Source: Takakia lepidozioides (Eukaryota > Plantae > Bryophyta). From it: a DNA stretch of 64,000 nucleotides. Location of the stretch: positions 62,930,001 to 62,994,000 of the forward strand of contig CM060733.1 of NCBI GenBank assembly GCA_030704615.1, written 5' to 3'. Under the pieces are notes generated by a model. That model was given only the letters and a program-made list of their open reading frames with translations, was not told the origin of the DNA and did no database searches. Positions 34,701 to 46,814 of the stretch are shown piece after piece (position 1 is the first letter of the stretch; each line of letters opens with the position of its first letter). The translations under genes and the position numbers were made by a program.

Positions 34701-37700
34701 TCTCAAGAGGCTATCTCTGATCCCTCCCTTCGGCACGTAGAGACGCTTTTGCTTATACCGGAGCAGTCCATTTTGCAAGTGGAACTGCGATTTAACCCCC
34801 ATCCTTAAGTCCTGCATCACGGACTTTGCCAGCTCATCCTTCCGGCAAGCCTTCCGGATCTTCCTTTGGAGCGCCGTCTCGCCCCTGTACACCAACAAGA
34901 GCTGCTGCTTTCTACTTAAAGCATCGGCGTTGTCCCGTCCCGGTTTGTACTGGATATCCACGTCGAACACCGCCAAAGTATCTTGCCACCTAAGTTGTTT
35001 TGGGGACAACTTGGGCTGCGTGGCAAAATACTTCACCGTGACATTGTCCATGAACGCCTTCACTGGGTTGGAACCAACATAGTGGCGCCAAAGCTCAAGA
35101 CAGTGCACCACCGCCTTCATCTCTTTCTCGTGCGTCAGCCACCGTCGCTCCACTTCATTCAGTTTCTTACTTTCGTAAGCCACTGGACGTCCATCTTCCA
35201 TCAGTACACCCCCAATCGCGAAGTCCGACGCATCTGTATGAATCTCGAACGGACGATCGAACTCCGGGATTTTCAAGACTGGAGCTTCCGCCATCCGCTG
35301 CTTCAATTCAGCAAAAGCTTGGCCACAAAAGGTGTTCCATGCCCAGACTTTGGATTTACACAGAAGGTCTGACAGCGGCCCCGCGATCTTGGCGAAATTT
35401 CTCACATACTTCCGGTAATAGGAGGCGAGTCTTAGGAAGGATCGCACTCCCGGGACCGAAGTCGGAGGCTCCCAGTCCAAGATTGCCCTCACCTTCCTGT
35501 TATCCATTCTGATCCCATCCTGTGTAATCACATGCCCCAGGAACTCCACTTTTGTGACCCCAAATTCGCATTTTGAAGCTTTGGCATACAGCTTCCTTTC
35601 CCGCAATTTCTGGAACACCCTTTTGAGGTGCTCCAAGTGCTCCTCCTTTGTTTTCGAATACACCAAGATGTCGTCGATGTACACAATCACAAAGTCATCC
35701 AACCACTCCTAGAAAAGGCTGTTCATCAGCGTGCTAAAGGTCGCGGGAGCGTTGGTGAGTCCAAAAGGCATTACCAAGAACTCATATGAACCATACCTTG
35801 TCCTGCACGCGGTCTTCTCCTCATCTCCTTCCACCACTCGAATTTGATGATAGCCGGAGCGCAGATCGATCCGGCTGAAATACTTTGCTCCTGCCAACCA
35901 ATCGAAAAGGTCGTCGATCCTTGGCAAAGGGTACCGGTTTTTTATAGTCACCTTATTCAAAGCCCTGTAATCGACACACATCCGCAGCGTCCCATCCTTC
36001 TTGTCTGCGAATAGCACCGGGGCTCCGTAAGGTGACTTACTCGGCCGGATGTACCCCTTTGACATTAGATCTTTGAGCTGAGTCTTCAGCTCGACCAACT
36101 CTCTGTGGCTCAACCGGTAAGGCGCCTTGGCAGGCGGTTCCGATCCCGGTATCAGCTCAATCTTGTGGTCAACTCCACTTCGCGGTGGCAAGCCGCTTGG
36201 TAAATCCTCCGGCATCACATCCTGGTATTTCTCCAAAATCCCCTTGATCCAATCTGGGCTCGGCTCCCCATCGCCTTCTCCCTTCACTTCTCTAATGTAT
36301 AGCAAAAAGTGGGGCTCGTGTGCCTCCTCCACGGCCCACTCCCTTGTTGACAGAAGGTTTATTCTCCCTCCCACGGGTTTGGGCGTTTCCGACACTCGTA
36401 AGACCTCGCCACCATTCCCACATGGTAGCGTGACTACTCTCTTGCGGCCATCTATGACCGCTCCGGATTTGCTCAAAAAGGTCATCCCCAAAATGAGATC
36501 CACTCCATCGATCTCGCAGATGGTGAAGTTCTCACGTCCCTCCCAACTCCCCAGTTGAAGAGGAACATCAAACGCCAACCTTGTCGCCAATTGCGGTTCT
36601 TCTTTGGCAGAACTCACCTCAATAGAGGCCCCCACGTCACTTGTCGGGAGTCCCAGCTTTTGCGCCGTTGCCGGTGTCATGAAGGAGTGCGACGCTCCTG
36701 TGTCCACCAACAACGACACGTTAGTTCCGGATATTATCCCATCCACGAACAATAACTGACTCCCTTTACGTAAGGTGCCAGTTTCCTGATACAACTCACA
36801 AGAAAATTTGCCTACCTTGCAAGTCCTGGCGACCACTGCTTCCACCAAGTGACTGATGGTATCTTCCGACAGCTCTGTGGTCGCCCGAGTCATGTTCAAT
36901 TGTCGGGGCTTCATGCACTTCTTGGCCATGTGCCCGGGCTCCCCGCAATTGAAACACACTCCATCAAAGGTCGCCTTCTATCCGCCATAGGCCGCTCCAC
37001 CCGCTTTTCCTTTCGAAGCACCGGGTGCCGCCTTGACTTGTGAAGGCCCTCCCTTCGATTTCCACGTGCCATTGTCGCCGCGTGGCCTATCCCACTTCTT
37101 TTCCGGTCGGAAGGAGTCACCTTCCCGCCGGGTCTTCTTGTGGTTCAGTTCCGTACGGCCTTGTCTTTCACCCTTAGGGACATCCGAGAAACATTCAGCC
37201 CTCTCAATTGCCTCGTTCAAAGTCTTAGGTGGCTTCTCCTCCAACTTCCGCCTGGCCCATGGGGCCAGTCCCGCCACAAAGTTGAAGACCATTTCTGGTT
37301 CTGCCATGTCCGTGACTTTGAGCAACAGCATATTGAAAGCCTGGACATATCCCCAAATGTCATCTGTTTGCTTCAAATTCCTCATCTTGTCCCGAGCGAG
37401 CCAGGACGCGTTGAGGGGCACAAACTGCCTCTTCATCAATTCCTTGAACCCACTCCAGTTCAATGTTTCCGGGCTTGGACCTCGGTCGTGAAGGCGTTTC
37501 TGCCACCATTGTTGAGCATAGCCCCTCAAATAGGTGGGAGCCACTTCCACCCGATCCTCGTCACTCAACTTGGCCGCCCGGAAGTACTGCCCTAGCTCCA
37601 AGAGCCAGGTGTTGAGTGCCTTCCGATTTTGGACGCCCTCGAAGGTGCTGGGTTCCTTAGGCTTCACCTTAAACTTTGCCTTAGTGGAAGTGGCATTAGC

Positions 37701-38755
37701 CACCTTCAACACGTCTTTCAACGTCCCGCCAAATTGCGCCAACAACCCTTCCCAAAAGGCTGCCGGCATGGGAGGCATCTGTTGGTCGGTCGGAGCTCTC
37801 AGGGATTCCTCAGGCTCCGACTCCTCAGATTCCTCCCGCTCTTGAGCGGCCTCATTTTCGGAAACATGTATCTCTTCCTCAAACGGCCGCCTCGGTGACA
37901 CGTCGCCCCCATCGGGCTCACCAGGATCATCATCTTTTGGGCCGCGCTTTCGCTTTGGCTTGCCCGACCCCATGATGAGGCCAATCCCAAGGACGATCGC
38001 GTACTGAACTCTAAGTTCTGATACCAAGTGTCGCGCACCGCACTTCGGTAAACTCCCCCCTCAAATCATAGTTACTCGCTTGATGCGCGCGCCTCACTCC
38101 CAATCTGGCCGCCGGGCCAACTTGGAGCTTTGGCTGCTCACCGGGGCATAACGGTCCCCCTTTGATCTCCCAAAGAACCCTCCAACGATTTGGAACCAGC
38201 GGAATTCCCTTTGGTGGTTGGCAGTCCGGAACAGCTCCCCACTCTTTGGTCGCTTTCCGGCTCGCTCGCTTACTCACTAGTTTTTGGTCACCAAAGGGCT
38301 TGCACCGTTCTCGGGGTTACTACTCCCTATATATACTTTTGTAGCTGTCCGCGGGGGTTTCACAAACAACCATGTCATTTTATGGCGAACCACCACGAAC
38401 ACCCTCGACTCCCGGTGATGAGTCGCGGTGAGTCTTGGCCCACCCACCACGGCCCCAATGGACCGTGATGAGTCCCAAGACTCCCCACGACTCCCACCAC
38501 GAGGTCTCCGCCCCAGGGTGAGTCCTATGCCACCCCCACTAAGTCCCGCTAAGCTACCACCACCCCTTGTGGAGCCACCCCCACCGCAACCCGGTGTGCG
38601 GGGCTCCACCTAGTGAGCGCCTCCGCCTCCTTGAGTGCCTTTGGGCACTTAAGGGTGCTTCAGCCCCCCCATACCTATCGCTGCCACTGCCCCCACCACA
38701 GGGGCAGCCCCTCTTGTGTCCCGACCCCCTGCCCTCAAGGCAAAGGGCCGCGACA
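31795..38755 (-). mobile_element. Ty3/gypsy chromovirus, near full length (3' LTR 31795-33393; 5' LTR shortened, 38029-38755)
   Basis: LTR pair, tRNA-Met-type PBS (minus strand TGGTATCAGAAC, about 38015-38026), PPT at 33394-33405, imperfect 5-bp TSD GTGTG/ATGTG. Confidence 0.96.
33428..38027 (-). pseudogene. Chromovirus gag-pol (gag, CCHC, protease, RT, RNase H, integrase, chromodomain)
   Basis: [46 protein letters not shown] integrase zinc finger, chromodomain. The three large ORFs share one frame and are separated by TAG stops at 36978 and 35709; frameshifts occur in the integrase. Confidence 0.96.
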
Positions 38756-39499
38756 ATGTGTGTATGATCATTGGATTGGTCACGCGGAAAAAAAGGGGTG
38801 AAGTGGTCTGAAATATGACGGTAGTTGTGCATGAGCGACACGGTGTCAGGTTGGAAGTATAGCGCATATCTTTCTTGTGCGTCTAGAGAGAGTTCCTTGA
38901 CAAGTTCGCTGATAGTGGCAGGCCCTGGGTTTGGATGAATATCACCGCATCGTAATAATATTAGGTTTGAGCAAGTATTTAAGTTTGCGTTATCTAGGGC
39001 GGGGGGATTTTTTTGGAAATATAGATCATATCTATCTTGTGGATCGGTGGGTAACTGACAAATGATATCATCTATAGAAGAGGGCCCTGGGTTTGGGTGG
39101 ATGTCTCCACATCTGAGGAGTATCAGGGCAATGCATGTGTCTGTGTATGTTGTGTCGGGTGAGGGAGGATGATGGTAGTAGTGCTTGGATTTTAGAGGGT
39201 TTTGAGGGCGGGTTCCATGTGGGTGAACGACAAATTTAAGGGGTACAATATATATTTGGTAGAGTATGTTGGGAGGGTGGGGATAGTTGGGATGTGGGTG
39301 GATTATGTGGAGGAGGAGATATGCAGTGCGTGGGAAGGGCATAGATTTGGAGGTTTGTTGGTGAATATGAGGTGTTGTGGAGCTAGTGGTTAATGACTGA
39401 ATGAGGGGTATATATTGGGGATAATTTGGAGTATATACTGGACTTTGAGCGACTGCCCTTCAGCTGTGCTGACACTGTAGGACTTGGTCGTGGGCCTGA

Positions 39500-40030
39500 C
39501 ATGCTCTATCAAGCTTGAGTTGTCAGTTACAAGCTTAGAAGCTCCAGAGTCCACAATCCAAGAGGCATCTTAAACAAGGCTGCAGTAACATCGTCAAATA
39601 CGTCATCTACAACTACTTCCTCTGCAACCTCATCTCCTGCTAGCTCTCCTTCTTCATAAACAGATAGCATGTGGGCATGTTGGTTACCAAGTTGACCTCC
39701 TTCACAGACATAATTACAATTTCGGGCCCGGTGACCAATCTTGCCACACTTGTGGCACACATCGTTTTCCTTGGACGGGCCTCCATGTTCTTCTATTTCA
39801 CGCTTGTGGTAGTTGTTTGAGGCACCTCCGTAGCGACGTTCCTTTAGCAGTTTGAGGAAACGTACCACCAGTGCTTCCTCCCCATCTACCTTCTTGGCTT
39901 TGTTGGATAGACGAGCCTCCTCCAAGATCATCCGGTCAGTGTTCATCTAGACTAGGAAGCTCATTCTCATTGGATACAGCTCGGGTGTAGAGACCCTCGA
40001 AACTGTCTGGCAGCGCGTTGATCAGTTGCT
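39500..40030 (-). pseudogene. Ty1/copia gag fragment with zinc knuckle
   Basis: LINALPDSFEG...LPSLDE..RMILEE and CHKCGKIGHRARNC. A second gag-like scrap lies on + at 40030-40170. Confidence 0.7.
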
Positions 40031-40179
40031 CAACGATCATCTATGGAGTGGGATGATCACCAACCTCCGTGAGCTCATTGATGACTTCGATCACGTTCCG
40101 CATGAATTCGCTTACGGTACTCTACTCGGACATCTTCAAACTGCAGAAGCGGTTTCTCACACCTTGAACAAATCTAGGC

Positions 40180-41100
40180 TGTCATTATCAGCTGCAAGGC
40201 AAGGAAGTATGCATGATTTGTGCAGAAGCAGTGATAGCTGAAAGAGCAAGGATAGAGTCAGGAGGGCCAGATTTCAGGCACATGATTACCTATGATTACC
40301 TGTGGATCAATAGCTATAAGAAACCTGCATGGGTAGATAGTGAACTGGAAGCCGCAGGAGTAGCGGCACAATTGATAAAATTAGGCATTGCTAATAAAGA
40401 CACCTTCTTCAACACATTTCACCCTGTTTTTCCCTCTTATCAGAACCGAACCTAAATTTCCATGTGTGCAAGTTAGCTGGTTGAGTGAATCTAGTTTGGA
40501 GTGACTTTGACATGATATTGCCAATGTGACAACAGGAAAGTATCAAAAAACAGTTAACGGAGATGAGGGGAAGCTGTGGAATGAATACTTTTCTGACCCC
40601 AGTCAATGGTGGGACAACTGAGGCAAAAAGGTAAATGCCTGTTGGATTACAGAGAGTAGCAGATGCAATTGAGAATATGAACTAGTGTGATAAGTTGAGT
40701 TGGGTGTTTGCTATTTGTAGGCTGTCATTGTCAGCTGCTAATAGCAATGCAAGGATATATGCATGATCTGTGCAGAGGCATGGATAGCTGAAGGAGCAGG
40801 GATAGAGTGTGGGTCCAGATCATCCAAGAGAGCCGGATTTCAAGCTCCAGATTACCGATGATTCCCTGTGGAAGGATAGCTACAAGAAACCTGCATGGGT
40901 AGATGGTCATGGGTAGATGGTAGATAGTTTGGAGTGACTTTGATATGATACTGCCAAAGTGACAGTAGGAAAGTATCCAAAAACAGGTAATAGAGATGAG
41001 AAGAAGTTGTGGAATGAACTTTTCTGACCCCAGTCAATGGTAGGACAACAGAGGCAAAAAGGTGCATGCCTGTTAGATTACAGAGAGTAGCAGACGCAAT
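40180..41100 (+). pseudogene. OSB-like (organellar ssDNA-binding) PDF-motif gene fragment, tandem exon/intron units
   Basis: PDFRHMITYDYLWINSYKKPAWVDSEL (40266-); KLWNEYFSDPSQWWDN*GKK then a GT donor (40572-40631); HPREPDFKLQITDDSLW (40820-); a second W*DNRGKK plus GT donor (41038-41062). Contains stops and a frameshift. Confidence 0.75.
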
Positions 41101-41238
41101 TCAACATAGGCACTAAGACAAACTCTCATTCCCCGTAAGGGTGTGTTTTGGTATCTGAGCGAATAAATATTTTATCTAAGAATATAATTTCAAAAATTCG
41201 TTAATTAATAATGTGCCGCTGTCCCCTGTTGGTCAAAA

Positions 41239-41361
41239 GTAATAATAATAATAATAATAATAATTATTATTATTATTATAGTAATAATAATAATAATAAT
41301 TATTATTATAGTAATTATAATAACAATAAATTAAATCCCCAACCACCCCCCCCCCCCCCCC
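41239..41361. repeat. (AAT)n/(ATT)n microsatellite blocks followed by poly-C
   Basis: Directly visible in the sequence. Confidence 0.9.
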
Positions 41362-41379
41362 ACAGCGACGCGTGTCAAT

Positions 41380-41732
41380 TGGCATGAGGAACCACATGTC
41401 AGAATCACGATGCGACACGTGCTGACGTCTGATTCCCTCATCTGCGGTCAGGATGGCGTCGCAGTCTGACACGTGGCGTGTTATGTAGAGAGCACGTGTC
41501 TCTCTTACATTGCGGCTGACATGGACCCGTTCAGTCATTCAGTAAAGCCAGCGTGTATGACTACCCCCACAGCTGCTCAGGCGCCACGTCACAGCCAGGC
41601 TGGCGAGTCATATCTGCCATGCCACAACTGACTAGGGTTTTACGACTACAGAGTCATGAAGTCGTAAATGGCTTTCATAATTGCATTTGCAGTCATAACA
41701 CAAAGTCGTAAAAACTGCAATCTGTTGTAGTG
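41380..41732. mobile_element. CACTA terminus with subterminal repeats
   Basis: Ends in TCTGTTGTAGTG (reverse CACTACAACAGA), with TTTACGAC/GTCGTAAA/GTCATA motifs. Confidence 0.75.
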
Positions 41733-42789
41733 TAATCATTGTTCCTTCCCTTCATTGTGGTTGCACCATCTACCTCCTGTTGATCTTTGCTTGTTTTTAT
41801 TTTTTGTTGACATCCCACATCTCTACTTTCACCACTTTTCTCTCTTGTACCACTCTTCCCTGGTTTTGGTGACGGTGTCTTTGTTTGTGCGATAACAGTG
41901 TTTGCAGTATATTATGAGCCTATGTGGGCAGTCGGTGATATTGTGTGGTGAAGAAGGAGAGTGAGCACGTATAAATGAGAGCTCTAGGAAGAAGATAGCA
42001 CCAGTTTACATATGATACTTGGAATGGATTGAGAAGCGAGGAAGGTATAAGCATGTAGTGTGCCTTGTTGTTTTCATAACCAGCGAGTAGGATGGTGTAT
42101 CAGGCCTGTTCGGCTGAAATATATAGTGCTGATTTTGATTTATGCATTTGAGTCTCATGATCACGGGAGAAAGTTTTGTTACTTATTTCCTTCACTATGT
42201 ACTAGATTGATCATAGAATTAGGATCTATTTTTTCACTAACACTAAGGATGAGAGCTGTTTGTACTTAGAATATGTAACACCATCAGATCATATGCAAGT
42301 GGTTTCCAGCATAGATAAATGGATTTAACAATTAGCTAGACTAGTATTATATTAACTAACTTACTATAGAGGCATAGAGTGGAGGCAAGAAATACAACAT
42401 AGAGTAATCTGATTTGGTCCCTGATTAATGGACTAACTCCTTACTGATATTACGATCAGAAAATTATATGCAATAGCAATGCCTAGTGGAGAGAAGTATA
42501 AAACACCTTAAGGGGAGACGAGGATTCTGATACTACTGTTTCTTCAGCGGACTCTTTTGACATGGCAGAGGACTATGCACTTCAGATGGCAGAGAAGAAA
42601 CGACGGGGATCTCCTATGCCTGAGAGGTTACCTCGTTATCAGCCAAAGGAGAGTCAGACATTTCCAGGTAGTGCTCAGTCATCTCCGTCAACCAGTGACA
42701 GAATTCGGGCTCGCACACGGAGTCCTTCACGAGACTCTCATCATCAGAAGGGTGCTCGCTCACAAAGGTTTGCTAATCCCAAACAGTAA

Positions 42790-43330
42790 ACCGTGAGGAC
42801 ACGGCTTTTTGAGAGGGGAAGGGGTAAATGTTAGAGGGCTGCTTGGGACTTAGATGCTTTTACGGGTTCTGTGGGGTACCCTTAATTTTTGCGCAGACTG
42901 AGACCAACAGGAGCCTTAGGGGTGGCAGCAGTAGGCTTTAGGGGGGTTACACAGCCCGACACAGCTTTACACAGCCGCAAAGCTTCACACAGCCCGTCAC
43001 AGCCAGTCACAGCCGCCACAGTTTCGCACAGCTTCACATAACCCGTCACAGCCAGTCACAGCCGCCACAGCTTCGCACAGCCCGACACAGCCTAACACAG
43101 CTTTACACAGCCAGTCACAGCTCGGCATAGCTTGACACAGCCTGTCACAGTACACGGGGAACAGTTATCATTGACAGGGAACGACTGTGTGGGAACAACA
43201 TCTGCAGGGGGAACGTGTTATTTCAGGGGTAACGGTTAGTTAGTTAGGTGGTTAGAACAGCTTGCGGGAGATTAAGGAGAGCGGCAACAGGAAGGGGGCA
43301 CTTCACGGGAAGGGATTCTTGGTCATGTAT
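42790..43330 (+). mobile_element. 3' end of an LTR retrotransposon: PPT (42811-42824) and LTR start TG at 42829, with a CACAGC repeat array at 42948-43150; right end not found
   Basis: GTGAGGACACGGCTTTTT-GAGAGGGGAAGGGG-TAAA-TGTTAG is a typical gypsy PPT/U3 junction. About 18 (CA)CAGC units follow. Confidence 0.6.
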
Positions 43331-46300
43331 GTGAGGAGATCAGGCGGAGAGCAAAAACGAAAGATGAACAGTAGATGCTTGTACATGCAAAGCTGTAGTG
43401 ATACTGTAGGGCAGATTAGAGTCACCATGGCATTGGTCTGATATATGATAAATCATAATCTGATACTTATTCGATACAATCACACTGTGTAGAGAGACAT
43501 GAGTGAAGCTGTGGAATGAATGCATGATTAACTGGAACTTAGTAGATACTAAAACAATCTGATGCTTCAGTATACACGGAAAGGTAAATTGATAACATGA
43601 AGGCAAGAAGGAATACAAATAGGAAGCACAACCAAGCAAGTAAAATTACAAATAGTTCACATACCTCATACAATTAGTAGAGCTGAAGCTTTCCAGAGAT
43701 AACTCCCTTGCCTGTCATGTATTAAGAAATGCATTAGTCCTGACCCAAGCATCAGTAGATGATAACTGATCTCTTCAGGTCAAGACTAACTAAGTGGCAC
43801 TCATTGAACGTTCTTCAGCAAATGGAATGCTAGGATATTGAAGTGTAGGAAACGAGACGACATATGAACTCCAAAGGGATGATATTTCCTACTGTGCTTG
43901 GGCAAAATCAACACTAGAATACAATAAGTTTCATGCACAAATTTTATTGTCTATTCTTGGTTTTCTCTTCCGCTGCAGCCTAGGATAGACAGAGTACTAA
44001 CGGTTGATCAAGTTGATGTCTGGGTAGGTCCCCTCGTTTATGGACCAGTAAAGCAAACAGGCTGGCTTCTCATCAGAAAATATCGAGTTCAACAAGATGG
44101 AATGCCAAAGAAAACTATCTGAGTGCATCACCTCAAATGGGTGATCTCGTAATCAGGATTGTTGGATTTGCTAATATAGAACTACTAGGATTTGACCTGT
44201 CTCCAGCCTTTTCTCATCGACAGATGCCTTTCCTACTTTCTTCTTCCTGCAGATAATGTGGGTCTAGCTTCGCTGTCTCATTTCCTTCATTGCCTTTGTT
44301 GCTTGGTGTCTCTGCCTCATCATCCCTTGCATTGGTTGCTTCCCCATTGTTTGCCCTTTCCCTATACATCTGTTCTCCATTTTCTAATTGGTGTGTCTTT
44401 TCCTTAATTGCAGAGTCTGTTTGCTGCTCAATCTCCTCTCCATTCAATCCTCCCTTTGGATTACTGCTCTTGGGCTGTGGTGCACACACTCTTGCTGTTC
44501 TCATATAGTTTGAAAAAAGATACGTCTCCCACTTCTGCTTCCTTGATAGTGTTGCTGCTCATCTTCATGTTGTATGCAAGCTCCAGGCAATGCTGGCCCT
44601 GCATTGATCCCACTTTCTCAACACCCATACCAACTGCACTTCCATGATTCACCTCCTTCTCCTCTGATTGTTCCATGCTTAATGATCGTGTCTGTCTTGT
44701 TGCATTTGCAGGGCTGGTCTCCTATTCAGCTCCATTCACTTGAAGGTCCTCCTATCGCAGCCCCTTTTCTTGCAACCCCAAAAGAGATGAGTCTGCCCTC
44801 TCTGTCTTACTCCCTAATTTCCCTTCATCAGTGCCTTCAAGTGTCCTCTTGGAACCTCTCATGCCCTCACTTCGGATTAGATCTTCTTACTGTGCTTGGT
44901 CTGCAGTACTCAGTGGCAGTCTATACTCATAGTTGTATTCAATTCCAGTTGTTTGTCCCACAATGTTTACCCCAGGTAGTAATTCAAACTTGACCCTCTT
45001 ATGCTTCAGTTTCCTTTCAGTTATTTTGCATGCAGTTGGAATGACATCTTCTATTGTTTCCTTGATGACCTCAAAGTCAAACCTAGTGGTCAAGTCTATG
45101 CCCTTAATATTTCCCAGCTGTCTCCACTCAAGCGGATTTAGACTTGTTCTAACCTTGAAGGCTACCCCAGTTAGTTGCCTCGTGAACTGCCACAGGGCCC
45201 AAACAAAGAGACAGTAATGTACCTCACTCATCTTTGATTTATCCTCACTGACTTTCCGTGCAATATAGCCTTTCTCGAGATGTCCACCCTAGTTTGTACA
45301 AAGCCTTTGACCTTTTGTTCTTAAAATATTCACGGTGAGTTCATGCTATCTTCATTTCAACTTAAACTAGTGTGTATCTCAGAGGATGGGCATAACATGG
45401 GCCGGTGCCGGGGAGGGTTGGGGAAAATGCAAGGGTGTTGCAATGCCAGCAATGAATAACTTGCTATCACGTTGGGTGCCAGTTGGGGAGCGGGCCTTTT
45501 CCCCGGGTCTTATTCATAAATTCAACTCGTTATCCATATCTTGATTTGTTGTGTGGCAATGATATGTAAGCCTGCATGTCTTATCCATTCTTCCCTGGTT
45601 AGCCCGCTTCTCCTTTCCAGTTGCCCTCTCTAGGTGAATCTTCTTCCATCAGAGCTTTGAATTCTCAGTACTGCTCTCACTCTTTCTTCAATTTATTTTT
45701 TGTTGTGCTTAACTGGGCAAATGAACTAGATATGCTGCTCTATCGGCAGGATTGGGGAAAAAGATAGCTATGGGGATTCTATGGTGTACAACTTGTATCT
45801 CAGTGTTGTGATGATGCATCCAAGGCACCTGCCCAAGGTTATCTGCCCCTCATTTCATCTCTCTCCTCATCATCCCTCCCCTTCACCATCTTCCGCTAAA
45901 AAAGGTGCAGGGTATTATCAAACAGCTGTCAATGTTTCCATCTGTGACTGAGACAAGGGACTCCATAATTGAAGTGAAATGGCAGCAGATAGCAGGGAGA
46001 ATGACATAAGGATTACAACAACTGGACTGGTAACTTGCTGGAGACTGATGAAAGCCAATCGCTGTTTGCAAAAGCCTGGCCTTTGTTGTCCTGCCCCTGG
46101 GATCTGGGCGTGGAAGAATTGGTGTGATTCATCCCATTCAATATCCCCCCTCCCTATCAACATGTGTAATTAAACTCATTCTGTTGTAATCAATTGATAT
46201 ATGGATTATGATAGGGCTGTTGTACAAGCTGGTCTTGGCAAGGACAATCTGGTTGGAAAAACACTTTCACAGTATCTTTTGACTGGGAGCAAAAGCCCTT

Positions 46301-46814
46301 GCTCAAAAAAAATGCTTTAAATAAGGACAAAATAAATGATGAACACTCGAACAAATATGCATAGAAAATAACAAAGTTTTTTTCATGAAACTGTGACATT
46401 AAATCAAAATCCAAATTATTTCAAATCTAATCCAATTGAAAATGAAGATAAAAAAGATATCAGCGGTCTGGAACTGGCTAAACGGATTTTCATGTAGGTT
46501 TTGAGTCCTCTAATTCATATGGTCTGACAAATGCAGAAAGAATGTATTCATAAACATTGTTTGCTTGTAGTGCTTTAGCCTTGTGGCCATCGACCCTCTG
46601 TCTAGTTTTGTGAGGATCAAAAGGAAAAAGATGCTACATTCGTGAATTGGTCGCTCGATTCTGCTTAGAAGCAGCAAGTGTTTTCTCTTTTGAAAGTAGT
46701 ATAGAACGGTGCGAGAGAATAGTTATCTTTGTCATTCTCTTCAAGCCTCTGCAAAGGCTGATCAACTGAAAAAGTAAGTTGTAGTTTAGCTATTCCAACT
46801 GCATTGCTTACACT

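Larger units (their letters stand above)
30490..39470 (-). mobile_element. Decayed non-LTR retrotransposon 5' region with two 2A-like peptides, split by the chromovirus (pieces about 30490-31794 and 38756-39470)
   Basis: LILLRCGDIHPNPGP occurs twice (39082-39126, 38920-38964). The C/A-rich coding strand continues across the LTR element. No endonuclease or RT motif is recognisable, so the clade is uncertain. Confidence 0.6.

Noticed and set aside
36960-36980. Programmed gag-pol readthrough at TAG
   Set aside because: The stop precedes the gag zinc knuckle and another TAG lies inside RT, so mutation is more likely.
41111-41732. Small complete CACTA from CACTAAG (41111) to TAGTG (41732)
   Set aside because: The ends do not match beyond CACTA and there is no 3-bp TSD (AGG versus TAA).
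44100-45300. Minus-strand ORF fragments here, plus ORF 11-298 and 55870-56560
   Set aside because: They may be coding remnants, but I recognise no family motif, so they are left uncalled.
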